Under the pieces are notes generated by a model. The model was not told the origin of the DNA, ran no database searches, and saw nothing but the letters and a program-made list of their open reading frames with translations. A stretch of 64,000 nucleotides of DNA from Schmidtea polychroa (taxonomy: Eukaryota), in assembly GCA_044892525.1 (NCBI GenBank), contig CM097885.1, positions 40,922,001-40,986,000 on the forward strand. Reading direction: 5' to 3'. The position numbers and the translations under genes are program-made. This document shows positions 28,651 to 39,881 of the stretch, piece after piece (position 1 is the stretch's first letter; the number at the start of each line of letters is the position of its first letter).

Positions 28651-29703
28651 ATGACTAAATTTACAATTGAAAGAAAAAAACTCGTTGTTGTTTTAATCGG
28701 ATTGCCAGCAAGAGGTAAATCATACGTTTCGAAAAAACTTTGTAAATATTTCAACTGGTTGAATATTTCTGCACAAATCTTCAATGTTGGTAACTACAGA
28801 CGAGAACTTGAAGGAGAGTACACGGGAAATAATTTTTTCGATGGAAACAATGGCGATGCTCAAAAGATTCGTAAATTGTCTGCCGACTCAGCAATGAATG
28901 ACATGATTGATTGGTTAGAAAACCATGACGGAAATATCGCGTTTTACGACGCAACTAACACGACCCGTGAAAGACGTCATTGGATTGAAATGTCCGTCAG
29001 TCAACATCAAATCGACATTTTGTATCTAGAAATTATATGTGATGATCAAGATACGATCAATGAAAATATTGAAAAAGTCAAATTATTCACAAGAGATTAT
29101 TTACATTGTTCAAAAGATGAAGCCATTCAAGATTTCAAGTCAAGAATTGAACATTATGCAACAGTTTATGAACCCGTCGATGGAGAATTCGATAAAAGCA
29201 CCTCATTTATTCGAATTTTCAACAAAGGATCACGATTTGAAATCAATAAAATCGATTCCATTTTGAAACAAGAGATTTTCAATTTCATAAAATCGATTCG
29301 GTTGACAAATCGGTCAATATATTTGTTTACTGACATTTCCAATGAACTCCAGGACGTTTTGACTACACCGAGGGCCAACCATGTCAAATTGGATCTCAAT
29401 GATGCTAATGAGCTATCAATGTCTGGAACGATAGCGATTGAGAAAAATGAAGAACAAATAAAGGATTTCAAACGTTTGCAGATGAATGAGAGCTCGGATG
29501 AAATGTTGATCCAGTTGATCCCGATTATATTAGAATCTGAAAAGCACGAATATATGTCAATATTTACTTCGGAAAGAATTTCTAAGGATTTATTAAAATA
29601 TTTTCATAATGAAATCATTCATGAAGAAACTTTGAGTCGGTCGACTATCCTGATCAACTGCTGCAGCAACAAGCCAACATATAATATTCATATAGTCCGC
29701 TAA
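28651..29703 (+). CDS. 6-phosphofructo-2-kinase, copy 4
   Basis: Same protein, L233. Confidence 0.93.
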   Translation: MTKFTIERKKLVVVLIGLPARGKSYVSKKLCKYFNWLNISAQIFNVGNYRRELEGEYTGNNFFDGNNGDAQKIRKLSADSAMNDMIDWLENHDGNIAFYDATNTTRERRHWIEMSVSQHQIDILYLEIICDDQDTINENIEKVKLFTRDYLHCSKDEAIQDFKSRIEHYATVYEPVDGEFDKSTSFIRIFNKGSRFEINKIDSILKQEIFNFIKSIRLTNRSIYLFTDISNELQDVLTTPRANHVKLDLNDANELSMSGTIAIEKNEEQIKDFKRLQMNESSDEMLIQLIPIILESEKHEYMSIFTSERISKDLLKYFHNEIIHEETLSRSTILINCCSNKPTYNIHIVR

Positions 29704-31166
29704 TTACTTTCATTAGAAAATAGTTTTATTTTATTTATTTTTTGACTGAATAAATTTATCTATTTAAATTATTCTCTTTATTTTACTTTATATTTTATTT
29801 TAAATAAGTTCAATTAGGTATATTATTAGGTATTTTTTTATTTTATGTATTTTATATGCAGTGTCATGAAATGAAGCGGACGATCAACATTTTTATGAAA
29901 GATTTCTGTGTTCGAAAAACAATCAAATGTTTTAAAAACGAACTTAAACGAACAGTTTTTCACGGTTTTTAATATATAGAAAAACTAAACAAACATACAT
30001 TTCATATTTTTTGGTAATATTTTAATTAATTTATGAAAATTATTAATTATCTAAACATTCAATTGTATATGTTTATAATATAATAATAAAGTTAATTTGA
30101 TAATAATGGAGACTTACAATCACTACAGGCATAACCATCAAAATTACGTATTTTGATAACACTAAACACCTTTAAAATAAATAAAACTATATACTCAAAA
30201 ACTATATAAAATTATAGCAAATTAATAAATGAATTGCAAAAAAATTTCAACTATTATTTAATCAAATAGCACAAAAATTAATAAATAATGACACAGAATT
30301 GCAATAAAAAGAAATTAAATATTTTTAAAATTTTTATTGTTTTAGTTGATGATAACATAAAAGTCTTAGTTTTGTTTTAGTAAAATATTATGTCATTTTT
30401 AAGATGTTGTTCTAATCGATGATTACGCCATTAATTTTAAAATTTCATTTTTAGTACACCTTTTTGAATTTACTCATCATTTTAAATAACTTGAAATATT
30501 TGAAATATTTTTATCCAAACAACACATGCTAATAAATTTAAAAAAATTTTGTCTTTAAAAATATTTAACCAATTACGCAATAGTATATATTCTTTATATT
30601 ATCTTTGAAACAACTATGTTTAACCTATTATATAAGAAGTTAGGTATAGTTGCATCATTTGCATTTTTATGTTAATAATATTATTTTAGAAATAATAATA
30701 ATATCTTAAAATATTTTTATTAAAGTGATAATTTTTATGAAATAATTTTAAATAAATTCAATTAATATATCTCCATCTTTTATATGCCACTTCACAGTAT
30801 TTAGCTCCCATAATCCATTAATGAATAATTTTACCATTTATTTGCACCCATTTGAATTATTAATTTATCATCTAGTAATGAATAATATCCTCACTTTAAT
30901 GAAGATTCTTACCACCTGAGAATAATATTGTTAATTTTATCAAAGTTTAAAGAATAAGAATTTTTATCAAAATTTGTGATAATTTGACTGATTCAAAGAT
31001 AAATTTGATGGAGTTAATTGGTTTTATTATATATACCCTTAGTTTATCCAACAAGATGTTACTGGGCACTGTTCATAAGGGTACTGGTCGTAAAGGTACT
31101 GGTGTGTTTTAATGATTTTATTTAATCAAATTTTGGTGTTTAAGGCATTCATTGCTAATTTTTTAG

Positions 31167-32619
31167 AGTAGTAGGATGTGGGCCATCCAGATCATGTCCC
31201 CTCCAGATCACATATACCCCCTCCCCCCCCCGGGGAAAAATTTTTTTTTTAAATAAAAGGTCAAGGTCATTTATTTTTTTTTAATTAAATTTTTTGTTTT
31301 AATTAAGTGATCCAGAGGGGACTTACTTTTTTTCTTCCCAAAAATTAATGTTCCTGCCAACAGATTTTATTGACCGATACCTCATCTTAAAGCTCAGTCC
31401 AAGACCTTTCGAATGAGCTATAGGTATCATATATATCTTTAATAGTTTTAATGTTATTAACATTTAATGACCACCATCTTTTAAAGTTAAATTATTATTA
31501 TTTGTCAAAATATTATTAAGTGATCCAGAGGGGACCTACATTTTTTCTTCCCAAAAATTAATGTTCCCGCCAACAGATTTTATTGACCGATACCTCATCT
31601 TAAAGCTCAGTCCAAGACCTTTCGAATGAGCTATAGGTATCATATATATCTTTAATAGTTTTAATGTTATTAACATTTAATGACCACCATCTTTTAAAGT
31701 AAATTATAATTATTTGTCAAAATATTATTAAGTGATCCAGATGGGACCTACTTTTTGTCATCCCAAAGATTAATGTTCCCGCCAACATATTATATTGATC
31801 GATAGCTTATTTTAAAGCTCTGTGCAAGACCTTTCTAAGGAGATATAGATTTCTATAATATGATGACTCATCACATTTTTAAAACAAAGACAATGACTCG
31901 TCATATTTTTAGAACGATGCCTAATATTTTTAGAATGATTACGTCATAATTTTAGAACGATGTCTATTATTTTTAGAATGATGCCTAATATTTTTAGAAT
32001 GATTACGTCATACTTTTAGAACGATGCCTATTATTTTTAGAATGATGTCTAATATTTTTAGAACGATTACGTCATACTTTTAGAACGATGCCTAATATTT
32101 TTAGAATGATTACATCATACTTTTAGAACGATGCCTATTATTTTTAGAACGATGCCTTTTAATTTTAGAATGATGCCTAATATTTTTAGATCGATTACGT
32201 CATACTTTTAGAACGATGCCTAATATTTTTAGAATGATTACATCATAATTTTAGAACGATGTCTATTATTTTTAGAATGATGCCTAATATTTTTAGATCG
32301 ATTACATCATAATTTTAGAACGATCTCTATTATTTTTAGAACGATGCCTAATATTTTTAGAATGACTCATCATATTTTTAGAACGATGCCTAATATTTTT
32401 AGAACTATTACGTAATCGATGCCTAATATTTTTAGAATGATGCCTAATATTTTTAGAATGATTACGTCATACTTTTAGAACGATGCCTAATATTTTTAGA
32501 ATTAATAATTTTGTTTTAATTATCGATGATTATATAATTTTGTTTAAATCATTGATTATATAATTTTTTTTTGTTTTAATTATCGAATACGTAATAATAT
32601 AATTTTGTTTAAATCGTTG

Positions 32620-32664
<45 letters not shown>

Positions 32665-32781
32665 ATTATAATTATTAATATTATATACTCCTAGTCTATC
32701 CGACAAAATATTCTGTCCCCCTATGGGTACTGCTCACAAATGTACTACTCACATTCAACAAGTCACAAGGGTACTGCTCAC
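31167..32781 (+). repeat. Left terminal inverted repeat of the Maverick
   Basis: Reverse complement of 44521-46036. High identity to ~32623, then (ATT)n and a diverged ~100-nt motif. Carries one extra ~212-bp block. Confidence 0.92.
31905..32500 (+). repeat. ~20-22-bp minisatellite in left TIR (TTTTAGAACGATGCCTAATA / TTTTAGAATGATTACGTCATA variants)
   Basis: Direct reading shows two interleaved unit types with no unique spacers. Confidence 0.93.
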
Positions 32782-32830
32782 ACTCAATATGTCGTAAATT
32801 ATTATTATTATTATTTCAAATACAATTTCA

Positions 32831-32921
<91 letters not shown>

Positions 32922-33283
32922 TATTATTACGCGCACGGGGAATATTATTATCATATATACTCTTAATCCATCCGACAAGATATTCTGTCCCTTTATGGGT
33001 ATTGCTCATATGGGTAATGGTCAAAGGTGTACTACTCACATTCAACATGTCTCAAAGGGTATAATATAATTATTATTAAATTCTGACCAACTTAAATCAA
33101 TGAAGGGGTAGAACAAAAATATATTAAGTTGCGGTATTTTAAATTTAAAAATATTTTAAAAACTTATTTTGACACTAAAGTTTACTTAATTAACAAAGAC
33201 ATAATTATTGCACATGCTTTGCATAAATATTATTATTTTTTAAATTTTCAATATTTTCTTTTAAAGTATTAACATGCGCGGGA

Positions 33284-33319
<36 letters not shown>

Positions 33320-33660
33320 ATTATTATTATTATTAGTGAAAAAACCTTAAATAATTTTTACACACTAAGTTATGGGGTAGAGAATTATTATATGTTTGCA
33401 ATATTCTGTGTTTGCCTTTACAGGAAGTTGTCAATAAGGTGCGATAATTTTACACATACATTCTATATACACATACCTTGTTTAACATGGGTGTATATAC
33501 TTCTAGTCTAACCGACAAAATATTCTGTCCCCCTATGGGTATTACTCACAAAGGTACTACTCACATTCAACATGTCGCAAGGGTATATTAATTAAGGTTA
33601 GTAAATAAAACCTATCACACACACTATTTAAACGATAAAAATCAAGACAAGAGAGGACAA

Positions 33661-33900
33661 GGCAAAGTGTATGCATTTAGTATTGCCAGGCCTAATGAGC
33701 AGTGACCAAATATCTGTGCCTGAAAGACACGGTGGATATTTGTTCGCGTCCACAAGGGTCGTCTGTGCCTTCCCCAAGTGGGGTCAGAAGAACCTGGGCA
33801 TTATAGCTTTCCGTATGGAACATTACGCCTAGCATGGGTAGTCAACTACCAGCACATTCGAAACGTATAATTTCAAAATACATGCGTCATTGGCACTATA
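33661..33900 (+). ncRNA. Candidate structured RNA (multi-hairpin, GC-rich; degenerate hammerhead-like frame)
   Basis: Hairpins CCCC-AAGT-GGGG, TTCC-GTAT-GGAA and GGTAG-TCAA-CTACC. Paired segments AAATATC..GATATTT and CTGGGC..GCCTAG. Frame CTAATGAG...CGAAACGTAT...ATGCGTC. No ORF. Confidence 0.35.
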
Positions 33901-34049
33901 ACCAAATTAATTAATGTTTTCACTAACACAAATATATATTTACAGAGGCCTCCCACTAGTTGGATTACAACCGCCCACCACGACGATCAGCTTGTAAATA
34001 TATATTAATTAAGGGATAAAGAGGACCCACCCAACCCTATTATATTTAA

Positions 34050-35240
34050 TTTACAAATTTTTCTCGCTCTTCTGCTGGTAATCTATCTCAAAATTATCAT
34101 CTCTATCGGGCCATTTGGAATACATCTTGCAAATTGGACGTATTTCTTAGTTTCTGATGCGGCGTCCACTATCATTGCTAAAATTTATATTGATTTAAAA
34201 GCAATTAACTTACATTTTATCGTCACAAATTAAATTCTGTCTGACTATTAGGCAACTGTTATTTGTGGTATACTTTTTCAATGTCATTTCCCACCATAAA
34301 ACACAGATACCTAAATATAATATATATATTTTAAAGAATTAATTCATGTCTTACATTAATAATAATATTCTTCAGGTAGTACTTTACAATATCTAATTGA
34401 TAAAACATCGGTTTTTTTCCCATTTTTCTTGACATTCGTTGAAAGTTTACATAATTTAAGTAAACATTCATGTTGAAGGACACCCACAATCAGCTAATTC
34501 ATTTAAGAAATCCCGAACATAGCAATGTTTCACCATTTTGTCTGGTTCATTTTCTTCTATAATTCATGTTTTAATAAGAAATCTCTAAATCCAGAACATA
34601 AGTCATTTAGTGTTTCACCATTTTGTTCATCTTCTTCATAATTATATAATTCATTTTCTTCATTACTAAGTAAAATAATTAAAATATTTTAGTAAATTCT
34701 TTATTTACTTACTTTATGGATACTAAAACGAAAGAAATAACGTTATATCAGAATTATATTTAAATAATTTAAATTTAGTTATTTAAACATATTTAAACAC
34801 TTTAGTTATTTAAGCATATTTAAACATTAATATTATTATATAGTATAATTTTATATAATTTTATATAATATTATAATATTATAATATTATGTACACTTAT
34901 ATATCCTTAATTTAATTTTTTAAATTCAAAAATTTATAATGAAGATTCTTTGAATTAAAAAATATTCTGTTAGTATTTCCAGGCAGAAAACAACGAATTC
35001 AATAATTAAAATCTTAATTTTCATGTTGTTAGGGTTGTGGCCAGAAGTTAATCGCCATCTAATCGTTTGTTCTCAATTTCGCTCATTTTTGTTCAAATAA
35101 TTCAGGTGAGTTGTTATCTGGAAAGTTTCTTTGAGCTCAGTTTTGTTAAAACACTCACGGTATTTTTGAGGGACGTGTCACTGGAAATAAATTAACAATG
35201 GGTAGTCATACATACATGTTGTTGGTTTGAACTGTTGATT
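34050..35240 (-). pseudogene. Decayed spliced gene remnants of unknown product in the Maverick left arm
   Basis: Five 35-47-nt GT..AG intron-like segments separate coding-like blocks that contain stops (e.g. NEENELYNYEEDEQNGETLNDLCSGFRDFLLKHEL*). Confidence 0.45.
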
Positions 35241-37825
35241 TATTTTAGAAATATGTATATTAAAAACATTTAAGGTATCATTCAGTAAAATAATATAGTA
35301 TTTTTGAGTATTTTTAGTTAATTTATAAATAACAGTATTTTGATATATCAATAAAGACCATATACACCGAGTTTATCCGACAAAATATTCTGTCCCCCTA
35401 TGGATATTGCTAGCAAGGGTACTGCTCACAATCAACATGTCGCAATATTAATCATTTAGAAATTCTTAGGTAATTTAGTGAGATGATCGTGAATATTTTA
35501 AATGTAACTTTACACTTATGTCGAGCGACTAATTTATTGGTTAACTTTGTAGTCATTTAAAGCAAAAATTAATTTATTCATCTAATGTTCGTTACAATAG
35601 ATAATAATATGAGAAAAACATGGTCATTATTCATTGATAATTTTAAATTCTTTATCATTTGGAGTAAATTTGTTTGAGGCAAAAATAATTAAAGGAGTCA
35701 TAATAGAAATATGGTTATCATTTAACCAAATAAGGTGCTTATTAGTTAAAAATATATATTATAAAGTAACAATTCTTTTCTAATTTAATTAGATGATCAT
35801 TAGACGTAATATATCTTTGCGAGAAATTTAAGATGTTTGAGTAACCAAAACATGGATATTTTGGGTCATCAATTTATGAATAGTGCTTAATTTTCTCATT
35901 TTTAGTGATTTAAAATAATATTTAGCAAAGGTAATTTAGCAAAATATCACTTATCCATCCGATAACAATATTCCTTCAATAGATTAACTGATATTCAACC
36001 GATTTAATTTCTAATTAAAATCATAAAATTCCTTCAATAAAGATCAATTTTCTTTAACCGTTGTCGATTTCCAACTTTTAAGTCAATATTTCTCAAGTTT
36101 TGTCACTGATGTCCCCACAATGAATAAAATAACTTCTTAAGTAAAATAATTTAAAGCAATAACCTTTGATATCAATCCCAATTAATTCTAAAGATTTCAA
36201 ATATTTCATTGTGAAAACCAAGTAAATTGATCATTAACCCTAAACGACTTAATAAAACAGTGGATAATTAATATAAAACTGGTTCTAAAACATAAATCTA
36301 AATTACTGTGCAATAACATTCATCACAACCTAATAAACCTCTAAAACGATATAATTTCACAGGAACTATTATTAATTCATAGCTAAATACTGACTATTTC
36401 CCTTTAAAATTTTACCAATAAGAACATTGTCGATTTAAATAGAGATTTCAAACATTTCCACCTTAACCGATCCCTCACCAAATATTTCTATCATTTTAAA
36501 CACCTTAAAAATCGTATATTACCATCTTAACCAACCGACTTTAATATATCAGACCTTTAATATATCAATTCTCTTAAAATCCATAGAAAATTCTTCAAAA
36601 TATGAATTTTATTTATTTGTTACAGACATCCGTCCATTGAAATAATTTAGTATCTAAATTCATGTAGTAAGAGCCCATTAAAAAAATCAAAATTCACTAA
36701 AATCAATATTTTCTACAAATATTTCACCACATTTACCATCAAATACCTAACTAGAAATGAAATATATTGATTGATCATAATTCTTCATCGATTCAGCTAA
36801 TTATATAGCAATTATAACGTGATATATCTTTCAAAATCACAAATTTCAGTATATTTTACAATAATTTTTACAAAAATTAAATAATAATAACTTGATTATT
36901 GTAAAAACTCTAATTATTAACCTAACTGTCATTAAAAATATTATTTTTTAAAAGTAAATTTAAAAACAAGTCAATAAAATATAGCAAATTATCAAGAAAT
37001 TAATTAAATTTGTCTTAGAATTAACACTAAAACGTTAAATTTCAAAATATTCTTTCAATTATTCACAAAAAGGTTAGTAATAATGTTAGTAAAATCCCGC
37101 TAACTCTAAAAATTACCAACGAATTTAATGCTAAATAATAACCAAAAATTTGCCTAAATAAAACACACCAGTACCTTTACGACCAGTACCCTTACGAGCA
37201 GTACCAATTGTGAACAGTACCCATAGAGGGAGAAAATATCTTGTCAGATAAACTCAGAGTATATATAATAAAACGAATTAACAATAACTCCATCAAATTG
37301 AATCAGTCAAATTTGATAAAAAATCTTATTCTAAAATGGTAAGAAGCGTAAAGTCGAAAGATAATTTTAATAACACCGAGATAAATTAACAATATTATTC
37401 TCAGGTGGTAAGAATCTTCATTAAAGTTAGGAAATTATAAGAACTACCAATTGCTATAAAATATTTAAACGAATTTAGTTTTGTTGTTTTATAACTTTCG
37501 GTTATATTTGAGTGAGTTTTCGAGTGTACCTTTTAACATTCAGTGCTCATTTTCATTAAAAAGAGTAATGTATCTTAAATTATCTTTTGGAATATTTGTT
37601 TTTGAAATATTTAGTGTAAAATAGTAAATTTAATAATAAATTGTTAATATTAAAGGACTTAATCAAAATTTAAAATCGGAATTTATCATAATTACTCTGC
37701 CAAATACAATTCACGGTTTCTTATGTAATAAAATAATCATTTGGGGATTAAATACTTTATTAAATAAAAGTTTATCACATTATTAAAATATTTTAATTCG
37801 TTAGTAGCTCATATAATAGAAATAA

Positions 37826-37856
<31 letters not shown>

Positions 37857-37882
37857 AACAACAACAAAGGATACAAAATACA

Positions 37883-37888
37883 TTTATT
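37883..37888 (-). terminator. Polyadenylation signal at the end of the minus-strand gene cassette
   Basis: AATAAA overlaps the protease TAA and is followed by a GT/T-rich tract. Confidence 0.55.
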
Positions 37889-38270
37889 AATCATCAAATT
37901 TTTTATACAACAACCAAGCTAAACAATGTTGACCGCATGTTTGTGTCAAGGGATTTTGAAACATTGTTTTATTATATACAATAGGTTTCCCCATTGTTTG
38001 TAGTTTTGATACCAACAAAGCAGGGTAATAGAAACCCATAGGATCGAACACGAATATATTACTAGGTTTCACATATATAGCAATCCAATGTTCTCCACCA
38101 AGATGAGACGATTGAGTATTGACGATTATGGCTTGATTATTGCTCAAATATGGGATTTTATCGAGAGGAAAAACTCCTACAAATTCATTTCCCAATATCT
38201 GTTTTCCAATTCTATTGACCTGAACAGAACTACTTTAATAAATTAAACAGTATTGAAAAGCTTACTCCAT
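37887..38270 (-). CDS. Adenain-like cysteine protease (maturation protease); exons 38266-38270 and 37887-38232
   Basis: GEHW, FDPMG and QNPLTQTCG supply catalytic H/D/Q/C. Removing a 33-nt GTAAGC..AAAG intron (38233-38265) gives MDSSVQVNRIGKQILGNEFVGVFPLD. Confidence 0.9.
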
Positions 38271-38298
38271 GACAACTTTTTGGTGTTTCTGTATACAT

Positions 38299-39522
38299 TT
38301 ATACTAGCACGGTTCTATTTGCAGTAATTTGAACTTCATTTTCAAATACTCCATATATTATAACATGTACTGGTTCAGTAATGGCCTTTGCAAACTTTAT
38401 ATCCAGTCGTAAATTCCCGTTTTGTGGTAATTGACTCTGATTTAAATCAAAATCGGGAGCTAGAACAAATGTGAAAAATGGGTATTTGCTTTTAAATTCT
38501 TCAAGAGTTATTCCGCAATTCAAGTTTTTATCTAAATAACCCAGATTTCTAACAATACTCTGCATATATGTCGCACAGTAATTATCATTCTCGAAATCTT
38601 GAGTATATGTTTCTCTATAATCAGTATTTTTCGATAAAGTCAATGAAGTAACACCAAAATTTTTGAAATTTGAGCTGGAAGCAGTATACGATCCATTATA
38701 TTGCGTTTCACTTTGAAATGTTACCAGAATAAAATTAGGCATTCTTCTGTCACCAAATATTTGTTCTTTATAGAATGATGAAGCACCTTTAGCAATAGCA
38801 AATTGTACAATTTCCTTTGTTTTTAAAGGATAAATTGCATGTTTTGAATTAAGCCCCAATTGATGACCAGCTAATACTGACGGGTCTACTCGAACTCTTC
38901 TCACCAATAATTTTGCATCAACTAATTGACATATTGGTGCACCAGTTGCACTAGTAAGAGACAATGCAGAATCAGATCTTTTCAGTCTAATATGTATATT
39001 AACTCCCGGTAGTAAATATTTCGGTTGATCCATAAAATCAAGTTGTAATGATGAGCACATAGTGAATACTTTTGAACCTTTAACCCACTTTTTTCTTTCA
39101 TCATCTGCTGCTGCATAACCCATAGGTGTAAGACAGGTATTTTTAGTATCTGAATTGTAATTTAAAATAGTTTCTATCAAAGCCTTGTGAATGAATGTAT
39201 TATTTCCACCCTCAATCTTGATATTATTAAATCCCAACACTGCATCTTTAAACAGAGTATGAAACATGAAATTGTTTGGTAATACATCCGCATTGGCATC
39301 CAAAACCTTTCTATCTTTATCTACAACCTTGATCTGAACAGTCAATAAAGTATCGTTCAAATCTAAATATTCAGTTTGCGAACCATTAATATAAAACTCG
39401 ATATCATTTCTACTATCAGTAATTGAATTCATAGGAAAAACTTCCTCAAAGGCGCCAAATTCTATTACTGCCTGGGGCGACGGTCTATCAAATATACATA
39501 ATTCGGATTTACCACAAATCAT
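38299..39522 (-). CDS. Major capsid protein (double jelly-roll, Polinton PY/hexon-like)
   Basis: 407 aa. Motifs C.KSEL.IF, IEFYI.G...YLDL..T.L, QPKYLLPGV...I.L.R and G.LRLDIKF are typical of Polinton MCPs. Lies next to the protease. Confidence 0.85.
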   Translation of the reverse strand: MICGKSELCIFDRPSPQAVIEFGAFEEVFPMNSITDSRNDIEFYINGSQTEYLDLNDTLLTVQIKVVDKDRKVLDANADVLPNNFMFHTLFKDAVLGFNNIKIEGGNNTFIHKALIETILNYNSDTKNTCLTPMGYAAADDERKKWVKGSKVFTMCSSLQLDFMDQPKYLLPGVNIHIRLKRSDSALSLTSATGAPICQLVDAKLLVRRVRVDPSVLAGHQLGLNSKHAIYPLKTKEIVQFAIAKGASSFYKEQIFGDRRMPNFILVTFQSETQYNGSYTASSSNFKNFGVTSLTLSKNTDYRETYTQDFENDNYCATYMQSIVRNLGYLDKNLNCGITLEEFKSKYPFFTFVLAPDFDLNQSQLPQNGNLRLDIKFAKAITEPVHVIIYGVFENEVQITANRTVLV

Positions 39523-39881
39523 TTTGCAAATATAGTTCCATGTCCTTTCATTCGTTTGTTTATACGCGATATTCCATGCCCTTTACGTTTTGGAGCTGGG
39601 GCTGGAGGCGTATCTTTTTGAAACATACCAGCAACTCCAGGTAGAACCTTCCCTAACTCCGCTAAAGCATTTGTTTTTAGGGATGGTAATATTTTCTGTT
39701 CATTCATAATCACATCTTTAGCAGTTTTCATGCCAAAACTACCAATACGTTTAAGAATGGGAAGTGCAAATCTCCCTATTGTTTTTAACCAACCTGATCC
39801 GTACTGTTTACCAATAAAATATGGTAATTCACCACCAGATTGGCTATCACTATACATACTAATAATATCGGAATTAGCCAT
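39519..39881 (-). CDS. Small basic virion protein with protease sites and amphipathic helix (adenovirus pVI-like)
   Basis: QSGG and QYGSG motifs precede WLKTIGRFALPILKRIG. Basic C-terminus. 4-nt overlap with the MCP start. Confidence 0.7.
   Translation of the reverse strand: MANSDIISMYSDSQSGGELPYFIGKQYGSGWLKTIGRFALPILKRIGSFGMKTAKDVIMNEQKILPSLKTNALAELGKVLPGVAGMFQKDTPPAPAPKRKGHGISRINKRMKGHGTIFAK

Noticed and set aside
31905..32500. CRISPR-like appearance of the short repeat arrays
   Set aside because: There are no unique spacers and no cas genes, the context is eukaryotic, and the array is mirrored in both TIRs. It is a minisatellite.
33689..33761. tRNA-Phe gene (CTGAAAG loop, GTTCG motif)
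   Set aside because: Acceptor, D and T stems do not form a canonical cloverleaf. Kept only as an alternative origin for the structured island.
35700..37100. Possible pPolB or leucine-rich-repeat pseudogene (fragments such as KYLKSLELIGIDI, LNRLNIS)
   Set aside because: No polymerase motifs were seen. The LRR-like fragments are too short and interrupted to call.
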